From contig JBMNLD010000003.1 of assembly GCA_050952545.1 (NCBI GenBank), forward strand, positions 225,683 to 289,682: DNA of 64,000 nucleotides, in the 5' to 3' direction. The translations under genes were made by a program, and so were the position numbers. This stretch comes from Christensenellales bacterium. GTDB taxonomy: Bacteria > Bacillota > Clostridia > Christensenellales > CAZKXV01. A model generated the notes under the pieces. The model did not search any database, was not told the origin of the DNA, and saw nothing but the letters and a program-made list of their open reading frames with translations. Of the stretch, positions 9,563-18,776 are shown in pieces (the stretch's first letter is position 1; each line of letters starts with the position of its first letter).

Positions 9563-9850
9563 GTAGCTGTAACGAGCAGATTTTTCGATGATAGCGCCCC
9601 AATCTGGTTCCTTATAATATCTCCGGCGCCTCTTAATAGACTGACCCGGACAATAGTCCGACCAAATGCTACATAGTAGCATTTGCGACTGGTCTAAGAT
9701 AAGGAGCAAGCGTCTGATAATAAGAGATTAGGTGTTAACCTAATCTCGTAAAAGAAGCCGCATTGCGACAAGGGTTCTGAGTGGGGCGCCGGCGCGGAAA
9801 AGATGCCGCTTGAGCGATGACAACTTCCGCTGTCATTACGGACAGCGGAA
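9563..9850. ncRNA. Unclassified hairpin-rich RNA-like element, copy A (long form)
   Basis: Its 5' ~50 nt and 3' ~75 nt blocks are shared with 41014-41153. The extra core has perfect hairpins CGGAC-AATA-GTCCG, AAATGCTAC-ATA-GTAGCATTT and AGATTAGGT-GTTA-ACCTAATCT. Terminal hairpin is TTCCGCTGTC-ATTACG-GACAGCGGAA. Strand is unresolved. Confidence 0.4.
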
Positions 9851-11026
9851 TTATAATATTTTATCCATTCTATCTATGGATTCGAGGGTGTTTTCGTATG
9901 TGTTGAACGCAGTCAATCTGAAATAGCCCTCGCCCGCCTTGCCAAAACCCTCGCCGGGCGTGCCCGCGACATAGGCTTTTTCAAGCAGGTAATCAAAAAA
10001 CTGCCATGAATTCATTTTATCCGGACATTCGAGCCAGATATACGGTGAGTTCTTGCCGCCCGTATGGTAAATGCCTTTAGTATCAAAGAACTTTGAGAGC
10101 GCAAGCGCGTTCGTCATATAATAGTCGATATTTTTCCTGACCTCGACAAGCCCCTCAGGCGAAAACGCCGCTTCCGCGCCTCTTTGAATTACATAGGCTA
10201 CGCCGTTGAATTTGGTCGTCTGGCGTCTTAACCACATTTTATTTACGCTGACTCCGTCGTAATTCAGCTCATCGGGAATTACGGTATAAGAGCACCTTAC
10301 GCCCGTAAAGCCCGCTGTCTTTGAGAACGAGCACAGCTCTATAGCGCATTTTCTCGCGCCTTCTAGCTCGAATATCGACCGCGGCAACGCGGGGTCTTTA
10401 ATATACGCCTCGTAAGCGGCGTCGTACAGGATTATCGCGTTATTGGAAATTGCGTAATTTATCCATTTCTTCAGTTCGCCTTTAGTATACACCGCGCCGG
10501 TGGGATTGTTAGGCGAGCAAAGGTAAATTATATCCGCCCTACCGCTCAGACTGTCGGGCATCGCCTTGAAATCCCTGCCTCCCCGCGCGAAAATTATCTT
10601 CCTGTTAAGCATTAAATTGCTGTCTAGATATACGGGATATACGGGGTCCGAGATGCATATTACATTGTCGTCGGAGAAAATGTCCGTGATATTAGCCGAA
10701 TCGCTCTTCGCGCCTTCGCTTACGAACACCTCGTTGCTTTTTATCAAGACGCCGATTTCAGCGTAATAATTTCTAATCGCGTCTATTAAAAAGTCATATC
10801 CCTGATATGGGCCGTAACCGCGAAAACTCTCCTTTACGCCCATCTCGTCAGCAGCTTTTTTCATAGCCTCGACTACGGGTGCGACAATAGGCAAAGTTAC
10901 ATCGCCGATTCCCATTTTTATCACCTTTTTGTCGGGATTTAAGGCAATGAATTTCTCGATTCTCGACGCGGTTTCGGCAAATAAATAATTCTCTTTCAAT
11001 AAACTGTAATTAGCGTTTAGTTTCAT
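9851..11026 (-). CDS. dapL: LL-diaminopimelate aminotransferase
   Basis: 'MKLNANYSLLKENYLFAE...KMGIGDVTLP' N-terminus typical of DapL. Start moved to the ATG at 11026, which has an AGGAGA RBS. Confidence 0.8.
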   Translation of the reverse strand: MKLNANYSLLKENYLFAETASRIEKFIALNPDKKVIKMGIGDVTLPIVAPVVEAMKKAADEMGVKESFRGYGPYQGYDFLIDAIRNYYAEIGVLIKSNEVFVSEGAKSDSANITDIFSDDNVICISDPVYPVYLDSNLMLNRKIIFARGGRDFKAMPDSLSGRADIIYLCSPNNPTGAVYTKGELKKWINYAISNNAIILYDAAYEAYIKDPALPRSIFELEGARKCAIELCSFSKTAGFTGVRCSYTVIPDELNYDGVSVNKMWLRRQTTKFNGVAYVIQRGAEAAFSPEGLVEVRKNIDYYMTNALALSKFFDTKGIYHTGGKNSPYIWLECPDKMNSWQFFDYLLEKAYVAGTPGEGFGKAGEGYFRLTAFNTYENTLESIDRMDKIL

Positions 11027-11052
11027 TTTCCGTCTCCTTAGTTTTTCTGGGC

Positions 11053-14000
11053 TCATTTGCCTCCGTATTCATCCAGAGCAAGCGTTGTCAGGTCTTTATC
11101 GCTTCTCGTCATAATGAGCGCTCTGATAAGCGCCTGCGCAGTGTCTATAGAAGTCAGGCAGGGCACGCCGTTATCCGCGGCGAGCCGTCTTAGCTTAAAT
11201 CCGAATCTCTTGCTGTTACGACCCTTTGTAGGGGTGTTGATGATATATTGCACTTTATGGTTATCAATAAGATTTTTTACGCCCTCGTATGCGTCGATTA
11301 CGCGTTTTACGGGGATAACGCCTTCGATAAGGTATTTTTCCAGATACGCCGCCGTGCCCTCGGTCGCGTATATCGTAAAGCCGAATTTCTTAAACGCGAC
11401 GGCTACGGGCAGTATTTCCCATTTGAATTTCTCGGAAATCGATAAGAATACGCCGCCGCTGAAAGATATCTTCATATTGCTTCCGAACAAGCCCTTTAAC
11501 AGCGCTTCGCCGATATCGGAAGACACTCCGAGCACCTCGCCCGTGGATTTCATTTCGGGCGACAAAGAAAAATCCATTCCCGTAATTTTTTCGTTAGAAA
11601 ATACCGGCACCTTTACCGCGTATACTCCCGCCTTTCTGTATAGTCCGTCGCCGTAACCCATGGAAAGCAGTTTTTCGCCCATAGCGCACCTCGTCGCGAG
11701 CTCAACCATAGGCACGCCCGTAACCTTGCTGATGTAGGGCACCGTTCTGGACGACCTAGGATTGACCTCAATTACGAAAATCTCAGAATCCTTTAAGATG
11801 TATTGGATATTGACCAGTCCCACCGTATTCAGGTTCAAAGCGATATCTCTTGTAATTCTTATGATGTTTTCTTCGTCAGCCGGAGTAACATTTATCGGCG
11901 GATATACGGCGATTGAGTCTCCGCTGTGTATGCCCGTTCTTTCAATATGCTCCATGATGCCGGGAATAAGGATATTGCTGCCGTCTGAAATCGCGTCTAC
12001 CTCGAGCTCTCTGCCCATTATATACTTGTCGATTAATATCGGGTGCTCCTGTTCGTCCAGGTTTATCAATGACATATACATCTTAAGGTCGGTAACATCG
12101 TAGCAGATTTCCATTCCTTGCCCGCCGAGAACATACGAGGGACGCACGAGCACGGGAAAACCCAGCTTCTCGCTCGCCTTCACCGCGTCATAGACCGTAA
12201 AGACCGTCACGCCCTCGGGACGCGTAACGCCGATTCTCTCAAGCAGTTTATCAAAAAGCTCCCTGTCTTCCGCGGCGTCGATATCCTCTAAAGAAGTGCC
12301 CAGAATCTTATAGCCGTAATTCTTCACCGCCTGTGCGAGCTTAATCGCCGTCTGTCCTCCGAACTGGACAACCACCGCCTCGGGCTTCTCGATATCTAAT
12401 ACATTATACACATCTTCGGGCGTTAAAGGCTCGAAATACAGCCTGTCAGACACATCAAAATCCGTGCTGACCGTCTCGGGATTGTTGTTGATAATGACGG
12501 CGTCGTAGCCTTTTTTCTTAATCGCCCTGATGCAGTGAACGGAGCAATAATCGAATTCTATTCCCTGACCTATTCTGATTGGACCGCTGCCGAGTACGAG
12601 AATTGTCTTTCTCGGGCTTTTTATATGTTCGCTTTCCTTTCTGTAAGTCGAATAATAATACGGACTGACCGCGGTAAATTCCGCGGCGCAGGTATCGACC
12701 ATATTAAATGCCGGCAAGATTTTGTTATCCTTTCTCATGCGCCTGACGCTCATCATATCCGAGCCGGTAAACTTCGCTATCGCCTCGTCCGAGAAGCCGT
12801 ATTTCTTGGCTTTTTTAAGCGTTTCGGCGTCAATGCATTTGTCTGAAATTAATTTGCTCTCCAGCTCGACGATGTTTCTTATTCTCCTTAAGAACCATTT
12901 GTCTATCCGGGTTATATCATATATTGACTCGATATCCTTACCGCGGCGCATTAGCTCGGCAATTACAAATATTCTGTAATCATCAGCAGGCATAAGCCTT
13001 GTCAGCAGTTCATCGTCGGAAATTCCCTCAAGGGTATCGTCTTTAAGGCAATTTTTACCGATTTCTAGAGACCTGACCGCCTTCATCAACGCCTGCTCAA
13101 AATTCTCCGCTATGCTCATCACTTCGCCCGTCGCTTTCATTTTGGTGCCGAGCGTTCTGTTTGCCTGGGTGAACTTATCGAACGGCCACCTCGGGAATTT
13201 TGCGACGATATAATCAATCGCGGGCTCGTGCGCGGCGCAGGTCTTGCCCGTCACTTTGTTTTCAATCTCGTCAAGATTATAACCTATGGCAATCAGCGTA
13301 GCGACTTTGGCTATCGGATAACCCGTCGCCTTGGACGCGAGCGCGGACGAGCGGCTCACTCTTGGATTGACTTCAATCAAAGCGTATTCGGACGAATCCG
13401 TCTTGAGCGCGAATTGCACATTGCAGCCGCCTCTTACGCCGAGCGCCTTGATGATCTTAATAGCCGCGGACCTCAGCATATGGTTTTCCTTATCCGTTAA
13501 GGTCTGCACGGGCGCGACTACGATGCTGTCGCCCGTATGTATTCCCACGGGATCGACATTCTCCATGCTGCAAATCGTGATGCAATTGCCGAGATTGTCG
13601 CGCATCACCTCGTATTCAATCTCTTTCCATCCCTGAACGGATTTCTCGATTAAACATTGATGCACGCGGCTGACTTCAAGCCCTACGGTCGCGATTTCCT
13701 TTAACTCTTCCTTGTTATTGGCAAATCCGCCGCCCGTGCCTCCGAGAGTATATGCGGGTCTTACTATCAGCGGATAACCGACTTTTTTGCCAAATTCAAG
13801 CGCGGTCTTGACATCGTTTACGATAATGCTGTCAATTACGGGCTCGCCGATATCGAGCATTGTCTGCTTAAAGGTCTCGCGGTCTTCGGCGCGCTTAATT
13901 GTCTCCACGCTTGTGCCGAGCAGGCGCACTCCGAATTGGTCGAGAAAACCCGATTCCGCAAGCTCGGACGCAAGATTTAATCCCGTCTGTCCGCCCAGCG

Positions 14001-14265
14001 TCGGCAGTATGCTGTCCGGTCTTTCTTTAATGATGATATTCTTCAGCACTTCGATTGTAAGAGGCTCGATATAAATCTTGTCAGCCATCTCCCTATCCGT
14101 CATAATCGTCGCCGGATTGGAGTTTGCTAAAATGACATTGAGCCCCTCCGCTTTCAAAACCCTGCACGCCTGCGTGCCTGCGTAGTCAAATTCCGCCGCC
14201 TGACCTATGACTATCGGGCCGCTGCCTATAACAAGTACTTTTCTTATCGTCGTATCCTTGGGCAT
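11053..14265 (-). CDS. carB: Carbamoyl-phosphate synthase large subunit
   Basis: 1070 aa with duplicated ATP-grasp halves. N-terminus 'VLVIGSGPIVIGQAAEFDYAGTQA'. Confidence 0.95.
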   Translation of the reverse strand: MPKDTTIRKVLVIGSGPIVIGQAAEFDYAGTQACRVLKAEGLNVILANSNPATIMTDREMADKIYIEPLTIEVLKNIIIKERPDSILPTLGGQTGLNLASELAESGFLDQFGVRLLGTSVETIKRAEDRETFKQTMLDIGEPVIDSIIVNDVKTALEFGKKVGYPLIVRPAYTLGGTGGGFANNKEELKEIATVGLEVSRVHQCLIEKSVQGWKEIEYEVMRDNLGNCITICSMENVDPVGIHTGDSIVVAPVQTLTDKENHMLRSAAIKIIKALGVRGGCNVQFALKTDSSEYALIEVNPRVSRSSALASKATGYPIAKVATLIAIGYNLDEIENKVTGKTCAAHEPAIDYIVAKFPRWPFDKFTQANRTLGTKMKATGEVMSIAENFEQALMKAVRSLEIGKNCLKDDTLEGISDDELLTRLMPADDYRIFVIAELMRRGKDIESIYDITRIDKWFLRRIRNIVELESKLISDKCIDAETLKKAKKYGFSDEAIAKFTGSDMMSVRRMRKDNKILPAFNMVDTCAAEFTAVSPYYYSTYRKESEHIKSPRKTILVLGSGPIRIGQGIEFDYCSVHCIRAIKKKGYDAVIINNNPETVSTDFDVSDRLYFEPLTPEDVYNVLDIEKPEAVVVQFGGQTAIKLAQAVKNYGYKILGTSLEDIDAAEDRELFDKLLERIGVTRPEGVTVFTVYDAVKASEKLGFPVLVRPSYVLGGQGMEICYDVTDLKMYMSLINLDEQEHPILIDKYIMGRELEVDAISDGSNILIPGIMEHIERTGIHSGDSIAVYPPINVTPADEENIIRITRDIALNLNTVGLVNIQYILKDSEIFVIEVNPRSSRTVPYISKVTGVPMVELATRCAMGEKLLSMGYGDGLYRKAGVYAVKVPVFSNEKITGMDFSLSPEMKSTGEVLGVSSDIGEALLKGLFGSNMKISFSGGVFLSISEKFKWEILPVAVAFKKFGFTIYATEGTAAYLEKYLIEGVIPVKRVIDAYEGVKNLIDNHKVQYIINTPTKGRNSKRFGFKLRRLAADNGVPCLTSIDTAQALIRALIMTRSDKDLTTLALDEYGGK

Positions 14266-14268
14266 AGC

Positions 14269-15342
14269 TTATTGTCCTTTATATGAGTTTATCATTTGCT
14301 TAAAGCGCTCGTAGAGTATCTTGGAATCATTGGGGCCCGCGGCGGCTTCGGGATGAAACTGCACCGTAAAAACCGCTTTGTCCTGATAATCGATGCCTTC
14401 AAGCGTATTGTCGTTGAGGTTAATATATTTGACTCTGCCGCCTTGAATGCCCGTGTTATCCACGGCGTAGCCGTGATTCTGCGATGTAATGTATATCTCG
14501 CCCGTATCAAGGTCTTTTACGGGATGGTTGCCGCCTCTGTGGCCGTATTTCATCTTGTAGGTGTCGCCGCCGCAAGCGAGCGCTATCAGCTGGTGCCCCA
14601 TACATATGCCGAAAATCGGCAATTTCCCGAGAAGTTTTGTAATACTATCGATAACGACGCCGTTGTCTTTGGGGTCTCCGGGGCCGTTTGTCAGCACCAG
14701 ACCCTGATAATCCGATTTTAATATCTCTTCCGCGGGAGTGTCGTAAGGGTATAAGGTGAGGTCAAAGCCCTGTTCGAGCAGGCAGTTAATGATATTCCGC
14801 TTGACGCCGAGGTCAATGACGGCGACATTACCCTGCCCCGAGCCCTTAATTGTAATTACTTCGGTACTCGAGACCTCTTTGACGGGGTTTACGATCTTGT
14901 ATTCCTTAATGAGCTCGAAATCAGCCTTCTCAGGGGGTCTGTTCAATATCATTCCGTTCATCGTTCCCGTTTCTCTGGTCTTTCTCGTTATCGCCCTGAC
15001 ATCAACGCCAGTAAGCCCCGCTACTCTGTTTGAGACGAGAAAATCATTGAGAGCGCCCTCGCTTGACCAGTTGGACGGGTCGTCGGCAAGCTCGTTGACG
15101 ATAAAGCCCTTTACCCATGAACGGTCGGACTCGTTATAGAGCGCGTTCACTCCGTAATTTCCTATCAGCGGATATGTCAGCATTACTATCTGACCGAAAT
15201 ATGACGGGTCGGTCAGTATCTCCTGATAACCCGTCATACTAGTGTTAAAAACTACTTCTCCAACGCTGATTTCTTTTGTTCCGATTAAGACGCCTTCATA
15301 TACGCTGCCGTCGGAAAGCGCAAGATAACCCTTATCGCACAT
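14269..15342 (-). CDS. carA: Carbamoyl-phosphate synthase small (glutaminase) subunit
   Basis: 'GICMGHQL' GATase Cys and 'QFHPEA'. Start moved to the ATG at 15342 (GGAGAA RBS). 11 nt overlap with dapF. Confidence 0.9.
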   Translation of the reverse strand: MCDKGYLALSDGSVYEGVLIGTKEISVGEVVFNTSMTGYQEILTDPSYFGQIVMLTYPLIGNYGVNALYNESDRSWVKGFIVNELADDPSNWSSEGALNDFLVSNRVAGLTGVDVRAITRKTRETGTMNGMILNRPPEKADFELIKEYKIVNPVKEVSSTEVITIKGSGQGNVAVIDLGVKRNIINCLLEQGFDLTLYPYDTPAEEILKSDYQGLVLTNGPGDPKDNGVVIDSITKLLGKLPIFGICMGHQLIALACGGDTYKMKYGHRGGNHPVKDLDTGEIYITSQNHGYAVDNTGIQGGRVKYINLNDNTLEGIDYQDKAVFTVQFHPEAAAGPNDSKILYERFKQMINSYKGQ

Positions 15343-16165
15343 CAATTTCTCCTTCGAATACCGTAGTCGCGGGGCCTGACATATACACATCGCCGTCATT
15401 AGAAGCCCAGCTGATTTTTAGGTCTCCGCCTTTCAGCTTAACGGTCGCCTCTCTGTCGCTCCTGCCGTTCAATACCGCGGCGACCAGAGTGGCGGACGCG
15501 CCCGTGCCGCACGCGAGCGTCTCTGCGGCGCCTCTTTCCCATACTCTCATCCTAAGCGTTCGCCTGTCGATGACCTCTACGAATTCAACATTTGTGTAAT
15601 TTGGAAAAATCGGATGCTTTTCTAAAAATGCACCCGTTTTCTCAAACCCTTCAAAATCCACATTATCTACAAAAATTATACAATGGGGGTTGCCCATGGA
15701 CACCGGAGTTATCTCGAAATCGCCGAGTTCGGTCTTTAATAGGTACCCGGCCTTATATTCATCCAGCTTTACGGGAATCTTCACGGGATCGAGCACGGGC
15801 TTACCCATGTTGACGACCGCGCCCTCGCACACTCCGTTATTGATTATCAGATTAAGCGTTTTAATACCCGCTTTGGTCTCGATTGTAATTATTTCTTTAT
15901 TCGTCAGTTTCTTGTCGTAGACATATTTGCCTACGCACCTTATGCCGTTGCCGCACATCTCGGCTTCGCTGCCGTCGCTGTTGAATATCCTCATCATAAA
16001 ATCGGCTTTATCCGAACGGTCTATTAAAATCAATCCGTCCGAGCCGATAGAGAAGTGAAATCTTGATAATTCTTTGCTGAGACGGGACGGATCGTCAATT
16101 CTCTCTATCATAGCGTTGACATAGATATAATCGTTTCCCAGTCCGTGCATTTTAGTAAATTTCAT
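15332..16165 (-). CDS. dapF: Diaminopimelate epimerase
   Basis: 'MHGLGNDY' N-terminus. Catalytic Cys motifs 'MCGNGIRC' and 'ACGTGA'. Confidence 0.9.
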   Translation of the reverse strand: MKFTKMHGLGNDYIYVNAMIERIDDPSRLSKELSRFHFSIGSDGLILIDRSDKADFMMRIFNSDGSEAEMCGNGIRCVGKYVYDKKLTNKEIITIETKAGIKTLNLIINNGVCEGAVVNMGKPVLDPVKIPVKLDEYKAGYLLKTELGDFEITPVSMGNPHCIIFVDNVDFEGFEKTGAFLEKHPIFPNYTNVEFVEVIDRRTLRMRVWERGAAETLACGTGASATLVAAVLNGRSDREATVKLKGGDLKISWASNDGDVYMSGPATTVFEGEIDVR

Positions 16166-16185
16166 AGCGTTTTTTTCTCCGGCAA

Positions 16186-17196
16186 TTATAATAGCTTAAT
16201 TCCGTGCTCATTGCAAGCGTTAATCATATCGTCGGGCCATATCGACACCTGAACCTCGCCGATATGCATCTTTTCAAGCAGCAGCATACACAGCCTTGAC
16301 TGACCTATGCCGCCGCCTATTGTGAGCACCATTTCGTCGTCTAATATCATCTTGTGGAATTCGTACTTTCTTCTGTCGTCGTTACCCGATACGCTTAACT
16401 GATAATCGAGCGACTCAGCGTCTACCCTTATACCCATCGAGGATAATTCAAGCGCCGTGTCAATAAATTCGTCATAGAAAAAGATATCTCCGTTAAGCGT
16501 CCAATCGTCGTAGTCCGAGGCTCTGCCGTCGTGCTTTGCGCCGCTCCTTAATACGCCTCCGATTTGCATAATAAATACAGTCTTGTACTGTTTTACAATC
16601 TCATATTCCCTTTGTTTGGGCGTCTTATCGGGATAGAGGTCTTCAAGCTCCTGTGTCGTGATGAATTTGATGTCGTCTGATAATTTCAGAGTAATTACGG
16701 GATAATTCTTCTTGACTTGGTCGAGCGTTCCGATTACCGCGCCTACGATTTTTGTAACTATGCTTTTAAGAAAGTCGATATTTCTTTCCTGCTTGGTAAT
16801 TACTCTTTCCCAGTCCCATTGGTCTACATAAACAGAATGGAGCGAATCGATAAGGTCGTCGCACCTTATCGCGTTCATATTCGTATAAAGCCCTTCGCCG
16901 GGCTTGAAACCGTATTTATTAAGCGCGTATCTCTTCCATTTCGCAAGCGACTGGACGACCTCGCCCTTGATTCCTTTTATCTCTTTTATCGGGAATGTTA
17001 CTATTCTCTCAACGCCGTTAAGGTTGTCATTAAGACCGCTTTCGGCGGAAACGATTAAGGGAGCGGAAATTCTCTCCAGATTAAGCGCGTCGGACAAATT
17101 CTTCTCGAAAACCGTCTTGATAAGCTTTATCGCCTTTTCGGTCTCTCTGACGCCAAGCAACGGTTTGTAGCCTTTCTTAAGTATTAAGTTCTTCAT
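16186..17196 (-). CDS. asnA: Aspartate--ammonia ligase
   Basis: 336 aa, AsnA-type class II synthetase-like sequence. Confidence 0.85.
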   Translation of the reverse strand: MKNLILKKGYKPLLGVRETEKAIKLIKTVFEKNLSDALNLERISAPLIVSAESGLNDNLNGVERIVTFPIKEIKGIKGEVVQSLAKWKRYALNKYGFKPGEGLYTNMNAIRCDDLIDSLHSVYVDQWDWERVITKQERNIDFLKSIVTKIVGAVIGTLDQVKKNYPVITLKLSDDIKFITTQELEDLYPDKTPKQREYEIVKQYKTVFIMQIGGVLRSGAKHDGRASDYDDWTLNGDIFFYDEFIDTALELSSMGIRVDAESLDYQLSVSGNDDRRKYEFHKMILDDEMVLTIGGGIGQSRLCMLLLEKMHIGEVQVSIWPDDMINACNEHGIKLL

Positions 17197-17211
17197 AATC
17201 CTCCTAATCGC

Positions 17212-18540
17212 TTATGTTCTCGGAAGGTAATTATCTATCTCCCATTGACTTACTCTTGTCCTGTAATTATAACACTCGTCTTTTTTCGCAATCAGCATCT
17301 TCTCGAATATATGCCTGCCGAGCACTTCTTTTAACAAATCGCTTTTCTCTAAACACTCCACCGCCGCGTCAAGCGTTTCGGGGAAGTTATAGACGCCTTT
17401 GCTTATTCTCTCTTCTTCGCTCATTTCGTAGATGTTGGAATTCACGCTCGGAGGAGGAGTAAGCCCTTCCTCAATTCCCTTTAATCCCGCCGCGATAATT
17501 CCCGCGAACGCAAGGTACGGATTGCAGGACGGATCGGGGTTGCGAAGCTCAATTCTCGTCGAGCGGCCTTTGGACGCGGGTATTCTGATAAGCGGACTCC
17601 TGTTCTTGCAGCTCCACGCGATATATACGGGCGCCTCGTAACCGGGAACAAGTCTCTTATAGGAATTTATCAGCGGATTGGTTAGCACGGCGAGTTCTTT
17701 AACATATTTCAGCACGCCGGCAAGGAAGGAATACGCCGTCGCCGACAGCCCGTAAACATCCTTTTCGTCATAGAACGCGTTAACGCCGTCTCTGGATAAA
17801 GACATATTTACATGCATGCCCGAGCCGCAAACGCCGTACTTAGGTTTAGGCATAAAGGTCGCGAACAATCCGTGTCTTTTTGCGACGGACTTCGCCGCGA
17901 GCTTAAAGGTCATTATCTTATCCGCCGCGTCAAGCGCCTCGGAATATCTGAAATCTATCTCGTGTTGCGCGGGAGCGACCTCGTGATGACTCGCCTCGAT
18001 TTCAAAACCCATTTTCTCGAGCGAAAGGCATATGTCCCTTCTGCAGTTGCCGCCCTGGTCTACGGGCGATATATCGAAATATCCGCCTCTGTCGTACGAA
18101 TTCAAGGTCGGCGCGCCCGTCTCATCCAGGAAGAACAGGAAGAATTCCATTTCGGGCCCCGCGTTTACGGTATATCCCATATCGGCGGCTTTTTTAAGGA
18201 CTTTTTTCAATACATATCTAGGGTCTCCCTCAAAAGGCTTATCGTTAGTATCGTATACATCGCATATAAGCCTAGCGACCTTTCCCTCCTGCGGACGCCA
18301 GGGGAATATGACGAAAGTGTCTAAATCCGGCTTTAAGTACATATCGGATTCTTCTATTCTTACAAAGCCCTCAATGGACGAGCCGTCGAACATACATTTG
18401 CCGTCCAGCGCTTTTTCAAGCTGGGAGGCGGTTATGGCGACATTTTTCAACTGACCTAAGATGTCAGTGAATTGTAAACGGATGAATTTAACGTCTTCTT
18501 TTTTTACAAGGTCGATAATTTCCTGTTTATTGTATTTCAT
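17212..18540 (-). CDS. glnA: Glutamine synthetase, type I
   Basis: 442 aa with 'FDGSSIEG' and 'MHVNMSL' GS signatures. Confidence 0.9.
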   Translation of the reverse strand: MKYNKQEIIDLVKKEDVKFIRLQFTDILGQLKNVAITASQLEKALDGKCMFDGSSIEGFVRIEESDMYLKPDLDTFVIFPWRPQEGKVARLICDVYDTNDKPFEGDPRYVLKKVLKKAADMGYTVNAGPEMEFFLFFLDETGAPTLNSYDRGGYFDISPVDQGGNCRRDICLSLEKMGFEIEASHHEVAPAQHEIDFRYSEALDAADKIMTFKLAAKSVAKRHGLFATFMPKPKYGVCGSGMHVNMSLSRDGVNAFYDEKDVYGLSATAYSFLAGVLKYVKELAVLTNPLINSYKRLVPGYEAPVYIAWSCKNRSPLIRIPASKGRSTRIELRNPDPSCNPYLAFAGIIAAGLKGIEEGLTPPPSVNSNIYEMSEEERISKGVYNFPETLDAAVECLEKSDLLKEVLGRHIFEKMLIAKKDECYNYRTRVSQWEIDNYLPRT

Positions 18541-18584
18541 GTTTACCTCCCATATAAGGCTTTCTTCTTAAAAAGCGTTCAAGG

Positions 18585-18621
18585 TTTTGCTGTTAGGAAA
18601 ACTCTGAACGCCTTTATTCGT
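18585..18621 (-). terminator. Terminator-like hairpin inside the glnA 5' leader (possible attenuator)
   Basis: Minus strand GCGTTCAGAGTTTT...AAAACCTTGAACGC followed by TTTTT. It ends about 45 nt upstream of the glnA ATG and lies downstream of the predicted promoter. Confidence 0.4.
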
Positions 18622-18662
18622 AATTTATTAAGTTAAGGCACAAGCTACTTAACATTTAGAAT

Positions 18663-18691
18663 ATTATAATTACTCGGATTAAAATTGTCAA
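18663..18691 (-). promoter_or_regulatory. Sigma-70 consensus promoter for glnA
   Basis: Minus strand TTGACA (18691-18686), 17 nt spacer, TATAAT (18668-18663). Inverted repeat GTTAAG-N10-CTTAAC lies just downstream. Confidence 0.55.
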
Positions 18692-18776
18692 ATCATTTCT
18701 GCTAATAGCCTTAATATTTTTTTAGCGGCAGCTTTCCGCGCTTGATAAAAGCGCGTTGAATTGCTATAATCAAGAG

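Noticed and set aside
9524-9709. 61 aa minus-strand ORF in the dapL-purF gap.
   Set aside because: It has no RBS and an odd composition. It lies across the perfect hairpins of the RNA-like element, so the region is better explained as non-coding structure.
15343-15399. N-terminal extensions in the ORF track. Affected genes and their extended coordinates: carA to 15399, dapL to 11056, thyA to 38861, response regulator to 61194, lipoprotein to 53669, GLUG lipoprotein to 40267, LysR to 37362, AOR-operon first gene to 58787.
   Set aside because: In each case an internal ATG is preceded by a GGAGG-type RBS and gives the family-typical N-terminus or a proper signal peptide. The extension would also overlap the upstream gene, promoter or terminator.
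18622-18662. GTTAAG-N10-CTTAAC repeat in the glnA leader as a TnrA/GlnR box (TGTNA-N7-TNACA).
   Set aside because: Only one half-site resembles the consensus and the spacing is wrong. It may instead be an RNA hairpin of the leader, so it is mentioned but not called.
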